The notes beneath the pieces are model-generated. The model saw nothing but the letters and a program-made list of their open reading frames with translations, was not told the DNA's origin and searched no databases. Shown here piece after piece: positions 8,074-17,208 of a stretch of DNA of 44,426 bases (position 1 is its first letter; each line of letters opens with the position of its first letter). Position numbers and translations under genes: made by a program. Origin of the DNA: a virus; the IMG/VR virus record IMGVR_UViG_3300019458_000013, positions 1-44,426 of that record; one strand, 5' to 3'.

Positions 8074-10071
8074 ATGATGCTCGGCGAGATCCGTGCGGCC
8101 CTCTCCCGCCCCGACTCCCTCCTCCATCGCGTGCTCCTCGACTACGCGATGTCCCGGATCAAGTCGTCCGAGCGCTACTGGACGCAGCGCCATGCCGCGT
8201 GGCGGGAGTCCGAGAATCTCCACCGGGCGTTTCGGGTGCCGGACAAGAGCGATCAGCAGACCGCCGCCGATCCCGATACCGAGGGAGTGACGAAAATCGT
8301 CGTGCCGTACTCCTACGCTGTCACGCAGAGCATGCTCGCGTTCTTCATGACGGTGTTCACGGATCGGAAACCCCTGGTGCCGGTCGAGGGCTATGGTTCC
8401 ACCGCGCCGCGGGCGGGCATCTATCACGAGGAGTTGCTCCAGCAGCAATTCGATCTCATGCCCCGCAAGGGCGTCCTCGTGATGCTGCAGCAGCTCTTCG
8501 ACTCGTGCCGCTACGGTGTCGGGATCATCAAGAACGCCTGGGGCATTCGGGAGTGGCCGGAAGTCCGCCGCATCGTCCAGCCGGTGTTGAATCCCGTGAC
8601 CGGGCAACTCCGGTTCACCCACGAACTCGTTGAGCAGAACGTCACGGCGTATGAGGGGAATGTCACCGAAAACGTGCTCCCGTTCCACTGGTTTCCCGAT
8701 CCCCGCCGGACGATGGGCGCCTTTCAAGAGGGCGAATTCTGCGGGCACACGATGCTCCGGAGCGAGACAGAGCTCCGGCAGCGACAGGCCGAGGGCGTCT
8801 ATGCCGGCGTCGAGCACATTCCCCGTGGGCAGAGCGCGGACACGGATCTTCGTGCCTCCGCGCAGAGCGACCTCGCCCGCACGCTCGATATGTCGAACCT
8901 GGCCTTTCAATCCGACTTCTACGGTCGGCCCTATGTGCAGGTGCACGAACTCTGGTCGTACTTCGATCCTGAGTTGCTCCAGGCGCCGGAGGCGCTCCAG
9001 TGGCGATCGACCGAGCCCGTGCGGAAGGGCACACCAAAGCTCTGGGTGTTCACGATCGCGAACCGCCGCCGCGTCATCCGCGCCGAGCCGGCCATGCTCC
9101 CGGGTCGGGCCTTCCCGTTCACGGCGTTGGAACTGAACTACGACATCCACAGCCCGGCGAACATGGGGCTGATCGAGACGTTCCGGGGATTGCAGTACAT
9201 CCTCTCGTGGTTGTTCAACAGCCGGATGCGGAACGTGCGAAAAACGCTCAACAACGAACTCGTGCTCGATCCCTCCCAGCTCGAGGTCGAAGACTACATG
9301 CGGCCGAATCCCGCCGGCATCCTTCGGCTCTCGAAGGCCGCCCAGGGACAGCAGACGGATCTTCGGACCGTCGTGCAGCCGCTCCCCGTGGTGGACGTGA
9401 CCGCCGGCCACCATACCGACGCCCGGGTCGTCACCGACCTGATCGAGCAGATCACTGGAGCGAACCGGCTCATCATGGGTGTCTCGAATCCGGGCCGGCG
9501 GGCCGCGACGGAGGTCCAGGGGCAGCTCTCGCTCGCGTCGGGCCGGATGAAGCTCCTAGCGCTCCTCGCCTCGAGCCAGGCCTTCGAGCCCTGGTGCCAC
9601 CAGATGACGTTGAACAACCAGACCTTCATCCAAGAGCCCATGACGATGCGGCTGCGGCCTGAGTACGCGCAGATCATGGGTGAGGAGGTCGTCCAAGTGA
9701 CGCCGGAACTCCTCCAGGGCCAGTTCCGGTTCCCGTTCCTCGAGGCGGGCATGCCGACCGACCGGCAGTTCGAGGCGAATATCTGGCGGGAGGTGATGGC
9801 GCTCGGGATGCAGAACCCGCAAGGGGCGATGGCGCTCGGCCTCCGGCTCGATACCGTCTTTCGCCGGCTGCTCCGGATCATGGGCGTCAAAAATCTCGCC
9901 GACTTCTTCGGACAGATGCCTGGGCAGGGGCCGGCACAGGTCTCGAGCAACGCGGCCGTGACACAGAACGTCCGGGAGGGGAACCTGGTGCCCGCCGATG
10001 GCTTCCCTCTCGGGACCGGGCCGAATCAGAACGGCTCGGGGCTGAACGCCATCGCCAACCAGAGCGCATGA
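8074..10071 (+). CDS. portal protein (by position and size)
   Basis: 665 aa ORF directly after terL. First ATG after the terL stop; the track ORF opens at 7966. Confidence 0.7.
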   Translation: MMLGEIRAALSRPDSLLHRVLLDYAMSRIKSSERYWTQRHAAWRESENLHRAFRVPDKSDQQTAADPDTEGVTKIVVPYSYAVTQSMLAFFMTVFTDRKPLVPVEGYGSTAPRAGIYHEELLQQQFDLMPRKGVLVMLQQLFDSCRYGVGIIKNAWGIREWPEVRRIVQPVLNPVTGQLRFTHELVEQNVTAYEGNVTENVLPFHWFPDPRRTMGAFQEGEFCGHTMLRSETELRQRQAEGVYAGVEHIPRGQSADTDLRASAQSDLARTLDMSNLAFQSDFYGRPYVQVHELWSYFDPELLQAPEALQWRSTEPVRKGTPKLWVFTIANRRRVIRAEPAMLPGRAFPFTALELNYDIHSPANMGLIETFRGLQYILSWLFNSRMRNVRKTLNNELVLDPSQLEVEDYMRPNPAGILRLSKAAQGQQTDLRTVVQPLPVVDVTAGHHTDARVVTDLIEQITGANRLIMGVSNPGRRAATEVQGQLSLASGRMKLLALLASSQAFEPWCHQMTLNNQTFIQEPMTMRLRPEYAQIMGEEVVQVTPELLQGQFRFPFLEAGMPTDRQFEANIWREVMALGMQNPQGAMALGLRLDTVFRRLLRIMGVKNLADFFGQMPGQGPAQVSSNAAVTQNVREGNLVPADGFPLGTGPNQNGSGLNAIANQSA

Positions 10072-10418
10072 AGAGGAACGGGGCGACCCCGGAGCGCGAC
10101 GCCATCGCGTTGCCGAGCGAGCAGCGCCGCGTGACCGAGGAGGCGATGCGGCTCGTGTGCCAGCGGCTCCGCCAGAGCGGGGAGCTCCGGGCGCTCTTGG
10201 CCGACCTCGACGATCGCATCGACGCCATCACGCTCCGGCAGCTCCGGCAGATGAACCAGGCGCTCTACACGGCCGATGGGATCGCGCGGCTGCAAGCCTG
10301 GCAAGCGGCCAAGGCCGAGTTGCAGATCGTGCGCCAGCGCCTCGATGACCTCTCCCGGCCGCTCCCGGCCACCCCCCAAGAACGTCCACCCCTTGCATCC
10401 GACGAGCGAAACACATAA
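10068..10418 (+). CDS. coiled-coil hypothetical head-module protein
   Basis: ATGA overlap with the portal stop. Helical, Leu/Arg/Gln-rich. Confidence 0.55.
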   Translation: MKRNGATPERDAIALPSEQRRVTEEAMRLVCQRLRQSGELRALLADLDDRIDAITLRQLRQMNQALYTADGIARLQAWQAAKAELQIVRQRLDDLSRPLPATPQERPPLASDERNT

Positions 10419-10446
10419 AGGGCCCGGATTGAGAGGGCGGTAGCGG

Positions 10447-11553
10447 GTGTCTCGTCCCGGTGGCGAGGCACGGATGGCGAGGAAGGCACGTTCAGGAATC
10501 CCAGCCGAACTCGATTCGATCATCGCGAACCAGCCGGCGGTTCGTCCGCCCGGCGAGAATGACCTTCCCGAAACCGTCGCCGCTGCCGCCCCGGCGGCCG
10601 AGCCCACCGAGACCCTCGTTCCCTCCGGTCCACCCGCGCCGACCATCGGGATTCCCGGCCTCTCCGACATCCCCGTAGGACCCCCTGCGGGCGGGCCACA
10701 GGGAGCAGCCCAGGAGGGGCACCCGAGTGGCCGCCCTCTCACGACGGCTACCGGCCCGTCCGCAGGTGGCCCTCCCCCAGGCAAGCGCACACGCGCCGAC
10801 GAGATGGCCGAGATCCGCGCGCAGCTCGCCGCGGCGCAGCATCAACTCGGCCTCCAGCAGCGGGAGCTCGCGTTCCTGCGCGCCGGCAGCACCGCCGCCC
10901 CACCGGCAGCCACCTCCGGCATCGCGCCCGCTGCGACGCCGCCACCGACGCCGCCCCAGATCCAGCAGCTCCTCGAGCAGACGATCATCAGCGTCCAGAA
11001 CGCGCTCCCCTTCGCCGTCCGCCCGTCGGACGTGCAGCTCTTGATCGAGGATCCCGAGAAAGGCGCGGAGATGCTCGATGCCGCGCTGCGGCAGATGGCA
11101 GTCCACGTGGCCGGTCTCGTGCTCGCCCGCGCGACGGCGCTCTACCATTACCAGCGGAACGTCGAGCGGACCGAGGAGCAGGGCAAGGCCACTGAGGAGC
11201 GCCTCCGGGCCTCCTTCTGGGGTGCGAACGCCGATCTCCAGCCACACCACCAGACGCTTTCGTGGTTCATCACTCAGGTCTGGAACGAGGGTATCCGGGC
11301 GCCGGAGAATCTCCTCAGCGAGGCGGCCCGGAGAACCCGGGTCCATCTCGGGCTCGCGGCGCCAGCACCCGGCACCGCGCCGGCTGCGACGCCGGGCTAT
11401 CCCGGACCTGGCCAGGGCTACATGCCGCCGCCCGCTGGGCACTTCCGGCCAGCAACGGCCGAGATGGGCGGCCCCGGCGGCGCGCAGATGCCGAACGGAG
11501 CCGCGAAACCCGACGACGCGACGAGCATGCTGCTCCGGATGGCGGCCTACTGA
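10447..11553 (+). CDS. candidate scaffolding protein
   Basis: Pro/Ala-rich N-terminal half and a helical C-terminal half, located between portal and capsid genes. GTG start; alternative ATG at 10474. Confidence 0.55.
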   Translation: MSRPGGEARMARKARSGIPAELDSIIANQPAVRPPGENDLPETVAAAAPAAEPTETLVPSGPPAPTIGIPGLSDIPVGPPAGGPQGAAQEGHPSGRPLTTATGPSAGGPPPGKRTRADEMAEIRAQLAAAQHQLGLQQRELAFLRAGSTAAPPAATSGIAPAATPPPTPPQIQQLLEQTIISVQNALPFAVRPSDVQLLIEDPEKGAEMLDAALRQMAVHVAGLVLARATALYHYQRNVERTEEQGKATEERLRASFWGANADLQPHHQTLSWFITQVWNEGIRAPENLLSEAARRTRVHLGLAAPAPGTAPAATPGYPGPGQGYMPPPAGHFRPATAEMGGPGGAQMPNGAAKPDDATSMLLRMAAY

Positions 11554-11586
11554 GGCTGATCCGTCTCCGGCACGGAGGGACTGGCG

Positions 11587-12975
11587 ATGGCGGTGGCGAT
11601 TCTGGGCATGCGGGGCTCCGGCGGCTTCACCGCCGACGAGCGGCCGAAGAACTTCCGGCAAGGCATCCTGTTCCTCTTCCCGAACGGGGACACCCCGCTC
11701 ACCGCGATCCTCTCCATGCTGTCCGAGGAAGCGACCAGCGATGCGCAGTACAACTGGTTCGAGAAGGGGCTACCGGTCCAGCGGGGCAGGATCATCGGTG
11801 CCAGCACGACCGTTGGCTCGAAGCCGGCCGATGGCGCGGACATCGCCGCCGCCGACGCCACGGCCGAGATCGCCCTCACCCTCCAGCCCGATGGCGGTGC
11901 CGAGGACGACCTATCCTGGCTCAAGCCCGGCCACGTGCTCTTCAACGAGCAGAAGGAGGAGGCGTACGGCGTCATCAACGTCGTCACGACCTCCGGCGCC
12001 GAGCGCATCATCGTGCGCCGGGACATCGGCAACAAGTTCGCCTCCAACCCCGCCGTGACTGGCGGAGCCGCCGACGGCGACTTCGTGACCATCATCGGCT
12101 CGGGGTTTCCCGAGGGCGCGGGTATCGGCTCCGCCGTCTCGTACCAGCCCATCAAGCACTTCAACTTCACGCAGATTTTCCGCACGCCGCTGTTCGTCAC
12201 CCGGACCGCGCGCCAGACCACCATGCGGTGGGATAGCGGCGGCCCGTACATCGAGATGCAGCGGGAGGCCCTCCAGCTCCACGCGATCGAGATGGAGCGC
12301 GCGTTCCTCTTCGGCGAGCGCGAGGAGGTGGTGGCGCTCACCGGCTCCGGCGGCCTCCCGAGCGAGCTCTCCGCCGTCGGCGCGAATCAGCCGATGCGGT
12401 TCACCCGCGGGGTGGTGAACTGGCTCCCTGCCATCGACATCGCCGGCAACCCCGACACGGTGCATCATGACATCGGCACGGCCAACCTCGGCTCGCTCAC
12501 GTACCTCAACTTCCTCGCCTGGGCCGAGCAGGTATTCCGCCACGGCTCGAACGAAAAGCTCGGCCTCATCGGCTCGACGGCCTTGAACGTCATCACGCAG
12601 ATGGCGATGGGGAAGATGCAACTCACCGCCGTGCCGACCGACCAGGCCTTCGGCATGGCGATCTTCCGGCTCGTGACACCCTTCGGGAACCTCATGCTGA
12701 AACAGCATCCGCTCATGTCCGTGAACCCCACGTGGCGGAAGGACCTGATTGCCGTGGACGTGGACAAGCTCCGCTACCGCTTCGTCCTCGACACCACGTA
12801 CAAGAAGAACCGCCAGAATCCAGGCGACGACGCTACCAAGGACGAGTACATCACCGAAGCCGGCCTCGAGTGCCAGTTTTCCGGGGCGACCCCCGACTCC
12901 TCGAGCGGGCTGCCATCGATTCCGGGGCCGGCCGCGCACGGGCGCCTCAAGGGGATCGAGACCTTCGGCGGGTGA
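11587..12975 (+). CDS. major capsid protein
   Basis: GGAGGG RBS; 462 aa. Position after the scaffold. The N-terminal SDAQYNWFEKG-type motif recalls N4-gp56-like capsid proteins. Confidence 0.75.
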   Translation: MAVAILGMRGSGGFTADERPKNFRQGILFLFPNGDTPLTAILSMLSEEATSDAQYNWFEKGLPVQRGRIIGASTTVGSKPADGADIAAADATAEIALTLQPDGGAEDDLSWLKPGHVLFNEQKEEAYGVINVVTTSGAERIIVRRDIGNKFASNPAVTGGAADGDFVTIIGSGFPEGAGIGSAVSYQPIKHFNFTQIFRTPLFVTRTARQTTMRWDSGGPYIEMQREALQLHAIEMERAFLFGEREEVVALTGSGGLPSELSAVGANQPMRFTRGVVNWLPAIDIAGNPDTVHHDIGTANLGSLTYLNFLAWAEQVFRHGSNEKLGLIGSTALNVITQMAMGKMQLTAVPTDQAFGMAIFRLVTPFGNLMLKQHPLMSVNPTWRKDLIAVDVDKLRYRFVLDTTYKKNRQNPGDDATKDEYITEAGLECQFSGATPDSSSGLPSIPGPAAHGRLKGIETFGG

Positions 12976-13163
12976 TGCGGATGGCGAATCCAGACGGCGA
13001 TCGGATCAGCCACCGCGCGGAGAAGATCGCCGGGGTGAAGGAGCGGACCGCGGCGGACATCCCTGCATCGCAGGGACTCACCGGGGACGACGACTGGAAG
13101 CCCCCGAAGCAGGCGCAGCCGAGCCCGCAGGAGCGGATGCGCGGTGGTCGCACGCTGGAGTGA
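12975..13163 (+). CDS. small hypothetical head-module protein (62 aa)
   Basis: The start overlaps the capsid stop (TGATG). Confidence 0.45.
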   Translation: MRMANPDGDRISHRAEKIAGVKERTAADIPASQGLTGDDDWKPPKQAQPSPQERMRGGRTLE

Positions 13164-13166
13164 GCG

Positions 13167-13532
13167 ATGGCCTTGTCGGTCAACCCGATCATCGATGGGG
13201 TCAACGCGAGCTTCAAGCTCGGCCATGGGCTCATCCTGGCCGTCCGGGACATCACGAGCTCGGACGTATCGGTGGACTACTCGGGGGGCTTTTCCATCGC
13301 GGCGCTGGCCGCGCAGATGGGACTCTCCAAGATTCTGTTCTTCGTCCAGGCGAGCATCCGGACCTCGGCTGGCGTCCACCGGCTGCTGCTGCCGAGCTGG
13401 GACGTGACCAACGGCAAGCTCATGTTCGGCGAGAATGCCGCCGCCGTTGGGGCGTTCGATCAGGTGGACCCCGACACGGACATCGTGGACGGCGACATCA
13501 TCCGGGTCGTGGTGATCGGCGTGGGGCCGTGA
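13167..13532 (+). CDS. hypothetical structural protein (121 aa)
   Basis: ATG 4 nt after the previous stop. Beta-rich composition. Confidence 0.55.
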   Translation: MALSVNPIIDGVNASFKLGHGLILAVRDITSSDVSVDYSGGFSIAALAAQMGLSKILFFVQASIRTSAGVHRLLLPSWDVTNGKLMFGENAAAVGAFDQVDPDTDIVDGDIIRVVVIGVGP

Positions 13533-13750
13533 TGCCGGTAGTGAGCGAGAAACAGCGCCGGATGACCTGCGCCGATCTTGGCCGTGCCGAAGCGGGACAG
13601 CAGACGCGGACCGGCATGTCGAAGGGGCAGCTCGGGGACTTCTGTCGCAAGCAGAAGGGCCACACGCCTGGTGATGGCACCGGGATGGACGCGAGCCGCA
13701 TCCCCAGTCAGAATGCCCTCACGGCCGTCCATGGGCCGGCGAGGAGGTAG
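13532..13750 (+). CDS. small hypothetical protein, DUF3008-like
   Basis: TGATG overlap. The SEKQRRMTCADLGRAEAG...MSKGQLGDF pattern recalls DUF3008. Confidence 0.5.
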   Translation: MPVVSEKQRRMTCADLGRAEAGQQTRTGMSKGQLGDFCRKQKGHTPGDGTGMDASRIPSQNALTAVHGPARR

Positions 13751-13752
13751 CG

Positions 13753-13941
13753 ATGGAGAAGCGCGTCGGAGATGGCACGGGGCAGGGGAAGCGTCCCCCG
13801 GAGAAGCAGGGGCTCACCGCCAACGAGAACGCCAAGCCGGCCACGTCCACGGGCAGGACCGGCGTCGGCGAGGGTGGTCGGGGCGCGATGATGCCGAAGA
13901 GCGGTCACGGCAACCGGAATACGCCGCTGCGGCGCTCGTGA
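13753..13941 (+). CDS. small low-complexity basic protein (62 aa)
   Basis: Third-position GC about 89 percent despite the low-complexity sequence. Confidence 0.4.
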   Translation: MEKRVGDGTGQGKRPPEKQGLTANENAKPATSTGRTGVGEGGRGAMMPKSGHGNRNTPLRRS

Positions 13942-14063
13942 GGCGGGAGGAAGTCTCGGCAACGCACGAGTGGTGAGGCTGGGAGCGTCCGCACGCACAG
14001 GGCGTCGGCGGCGTCGCGAGGCGCCCCGGCGCCCTTCGTGCTTCAAGAGCAGGCAGATCCGGG

Positions 14064-14747
14064 ATGGCGACGCTACCGACCCTCATCAGCGATCTCCGGG
14101 ATCTCACCCGAACGACGAGCACGGACCTGACGGACGCCCGCGGGACGCGGTACCTGAACCGCGCCATGGAGCGGATGCAGGACGCGCACAACTGGCGCGG
14201 GCAGGAGTTCTCACTCACCACCGTCACCTACGGGCCGTCCGACGACGGGATCGCGCTGCCGGCCGACTTCATCTCCGAGGAAGCGCTCTGGCGGCAGATG
14301 CCCTCCGTATCGAATCCCTCGGGAAAGCTTCGGCCCGTGGACAAGCTGCCCGCCCGACGGGACTGGTGGCAGCGCGTGCTCAAGACGCATCCGCCGAACG
14401 AGCAGCGCTTTCCGGCGAGCAGCACGGCAGTCGATGATGGGCCGTACTACTACCTCTGGGAGCAGAAGCTCTTCTACAATCCGAACCCGAACCAGGCCGT
14501 CAACCTGACCCTGGACTACTACCGCCGCCTGGCGGATCTGGCGCTCACGACCAACGAGAGCAACTTCTTCACCGTGGTGACCCCGACCGTGCTGCTCTGG
14601 GGCGCGCTGCCGGAAGCCTGGGCCTTTCTCCATGAGGATGAGCGGATCGGGATCGCCGAGGCCCGCTTTGCGCTCTTGCTCGGCCAGGCGATCAAGAACG
14701 ACCGCCAGCTCGCGGCCTCCGGCGGTCCGCGGTCGCGCGGGACGTGA
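14064..14747 (+). CDS. candidate head-tail adaptor
   Basis: 227 aa. Located between the head genes and a large tail gene, analogous to the podovirus adaptor slot. Confidence 0.5.
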   Translation: MATLPTLISDLRDLTRTTSTDLTDARGTRYLNRAMERMQDAHNWRGQEFSLTTVTYGPSDDGIALPADFISEEALWRQMPSVSNPSGKLRPVDKLPARRDWWQRVLKTHPPNEQRFPASSTAVDDGPYYYLWEQKLFYNPNPNQAVNLTLDYYRRLADLALTTNESNFFTVVTPTVLLWGALPEAWAFLHEDERIGIAEARFALLLGQAIKNDRQLAASGGPRSRGT

Positions 14748-14751
14748 GGCG

Positions 14752-16335
14752 ATGCCCTCGAGCTTCCCGGTCCTGGTCGTACCGGCCGTCGGGGGTGGGC
14801 TCAACCTGGCCCTCCATCCGGCCCACATTCGAGACGACATGTGGACCGGGTGCAACGGCTTCGTCCCGCTCGACGGGGCGGCCGAGCAGCTCCCAACGTT
14901 CACCGCGCTCGGGAGCCCGCTCGCGGGGACTGGGGACGATCCGCTCGGGATCGTCACGGACGCCTTCAACGATCAGGAGATGCTCGTCGGCTTCGAGGAT
15001 TCTGGCGAGTTGCTCCTGATCCGTGTCCACAGCACGACCGGCACGCCGACCACGATCACGCGGTCCGGTGGGACGGCCGATCCGGTGGCGAACAACGCCG
15101 ACGTGCTGACGACGGGCTTTCTCAACGGCTACCAAGTGCTCGCGGCGGGGATACCCGGCGGGGCCGGGTCCACGTCGTCCCTGATCCGGTATCTGGGCGG
15201 GGCAACCTACGACACGATCGATCCGCCGGCTGGGGAGAAACTCCAGGCGGGCGCCATCGTGAGCTTCGGTGCACACCTCATCGCGGCGCCCGCCATGCGG
15301 TTCGGCACCTCCGTGACCGCAGAGTGGCGCCGGGTGGCTTGGAGTGCCGCAAACAACGAGAGCCTCTGGCTGCCGGCGCTCTCCAACGATGCAGATGACC
15401 TCCAGCTCGATGACGTGGAGTCGCCCGTGGTGGGAGTCGTTCGACTTGGGGCGGATGCGGTCGGGCTACTGACTCGAGATACCATCTACGGGCTGATCCC
15501 GACGGGCCGCATTCCTTCCTTCACCCGCGCGACGCTGATTCCGGGCGTGGGATGCACGCTGGTCCGCGCGACGACGGGCATCGACGCTCGCCGGAGTGGG
15601 ATCTACGGCGCGCTGCCCTTCGGTGCGGTCGTCGTGGCGAGTGATCGGATCTATCTGCTCTCGGGCGGGCAGGCGCGACCCATCGGCCAGCCGATCCTCG
15701 ACTACTTCTTCGCTCACGGGAAGCTGAACCCGATTGCGCTCCCGAGCTTGCTGCGGCCGATCTGCTACCACGGCGCCTGGCGCCAGCTCATCTTGCCCCG
15801 ATTCGATGAGGTGGACGGTGAATGTCTGCTCGGTGAGATCGGCTCCGATGCCTGGGGCCGGGTGGTGCTGGGCGACGTGCTCGGCGTCGGGGCGCGTCCC
15901 GCCCGCCAGGCGGTCATCCGCACCAGCAACGGGCTGCGCTGGATCTTTCTCGATGATGACCGGCAGCTCTGGACCGAGGACTACACGACGGGGTTTCCGA
16001 ACGCCTTCATCGAGACGAAGGATTTCAGCCTGGAGGGCGAGCAGGCGTATTACGACGACCTACTGCTGGAGTGGGAGCCGTTGGTGAGTCCGACAACGAC
16101 CGTGGAGATCAGCGTGGCCGCGCGAGACGATCTACCCGTCGGCTTCGGGACATTGGGGCGGGACATCGCTCCGAGCTTCACGGTACTCGGAACGCTGACG
16201 AATGGGGCCTCGCGGCTCGGCCTCACGGCCGTCCCGCGGGGACGCTTTCAGCGGTTCCGGTTCCGGACCACCGTTGGGCGTGTCCGCATCCGCGGCTTCA
16301 AGCTGGCTCGGAAGGCCGCCGGGCGGCGGGTGTAG
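14752..16335 (+). CDS. candidate tail tube / nozzle protein
   Basis: 527 aa. First ATG after the adaptor stop; the track ORF opens at 14632. Function inferred from position only. Confidence 0.5.
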   Translation: MPSSFPVLVVPAVGGGLNLALHPAHIRDDMWTGCNGFVPLDGAAEQLPTFTALGSPLAGTGDDPLGIVTDAFNDQEMLVGFEDSGELLLIRVHSTTGTPTTITRSGGTADPVANNADVLTTGFLNGYQVLAAGIPGGAGSTSSLIRYLGGATYDTIDPPAGEKLQAGAIVSFGAHLIAAPAMRFGTSVTAEWRRVAWSAANNESLWLPALSNDADDLQLDDVESPVVGVVRLGADAVGLLTRDTIYGLIPTGRIPSFTRATLIPGVGCTLVRATTGIDARRSGIYGALPFGAVVVASDRIYLLSGGQARPIGQPILDYFFAHGKLNPIALPSLLRPICYHGAWRQLILPRFDEVDGECLLGEIGSDAWGRVVLGDVLGVGARPARQAVIRTSNGLRWIFLDDDRQLWTEDYTTGFPNAFIETKDFSLEGEQAYYDDLLLEWEPLVSPTTTVEISVAARDDLPVGFGTLGRDIAPSFTVLGTLTNGASRLGLTAVPRGRFQRFRFRTTVGRVRIRGFKLARKAAGRRV

Positions 16336-16347
16336 GGGGGACGCGGT

Positions 16348-17208
16348 GTGCTCCGTCCGGTCAGACCGATCCAGCCCGCAGGGGACCGTGACCTGGCCGA
16401 GCAGGTGGCCGAACTCCGGGCCGTCCTCGAGGAGATCGTCCATGGCATTCGGGCGGACGAAGCGATCTTCGCCTTTCCGCTCACGAGCGATGCCACGATC
16501 GGCGCCTCGCCGACGGAGCACACCCATGTCTACCAGGAGGCCCTGAGCGGGAGCGGGACGAGCTTCATGCTGGCGAGTACCCCCATGACGGGCAGCGATC
16601 GGCTCTGGATGAATGGCCTCCGTCTCCAGCGCGTCGGGAGTGCGCCTGCGCTCAACGAGTACATGATCAGTGGCGCCGCGATCACCCTCGGAACGGTAAA
16701 GGACAGTGCCGACCATCTCGTCGCGGACTACGAAACGGACACCGACACTGCGCACACGCACACCTATCACGAAGCGTTGGTGGGCGCCGGGACCGGATTC
16801 ACCCTCGGTGCAACGCCCGTCGCTGGCAGCGAGCGGGTGTACTGGAATGGCATCCGGTTGCGGCGAGTCGTGAGCAGCCCGAGTCTGAACGAGTACACGA
16901 TCAGCGGGACGACGATCACGCTGGGGTTCTTCAAGGACTCCGCTGATAGCCTCGTCGCCGCCTACAACACCACGACGGATACGACGCACGCCCACAGCTA
17001 TCACGTGGCGCTCTCCGGGACTGGCACGAGCTTCACGGTGCCCATCACGCCGCTGGCCGGCTCGGTGCGGCTCATCTGGAATCGTCTGCGACTCCGCCAG
17101 GTGGGTGCGTCGCCGGGTCTCAACGAGTACACGATCAGCGGGACGGCAATGACCTTGGGCTTCAGTAAGGATGCCGCAGACTCGCTCGAGGTGGAGTTCG
17201 ACACATGA
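16348..17208 (+). CDS. fibre-like protein with three tandem 78-aa domains
   Basis: N-terminal coiled segment followed by three repeats, each beginning with HxHxY. Confidence 0.65.
   Translation: MLRPVRPIQPAGDRDLAEQVAELRAVLEEIVHGIRADEAIFAFPLTSDATIGASPTEHTHVYQEALSGSGTSFMLASTPMTGSDRLWMNGLRLQRVGSAPALNEYMISGAAITLGTVKDSADHLVADYETDTDTAHTHTYHEALVGAGTGFTLGATPVAGSERVYWNGIRLRRVVSSPSLNEYTISGTTITLGFFKDSADSLVAAYNTTTDTTHAHSYHVALSGTGTSFTVPITPLAGSVRLIWNRLRLRQVGASPGLNEYTISGTAMTLGFSKDAADSLEVEFDT
16519..17205 (+). repeat. 3 x 234-bp in-frame tandem repeat
   Basis: Units start at 16519 (HTHVYQEAL), 16753 (HTHTYHEAL) and 16987 (HAHSYHVAL). Shared NEY.ISG..ITLG..KDSAD core. Confidence 0.85.
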
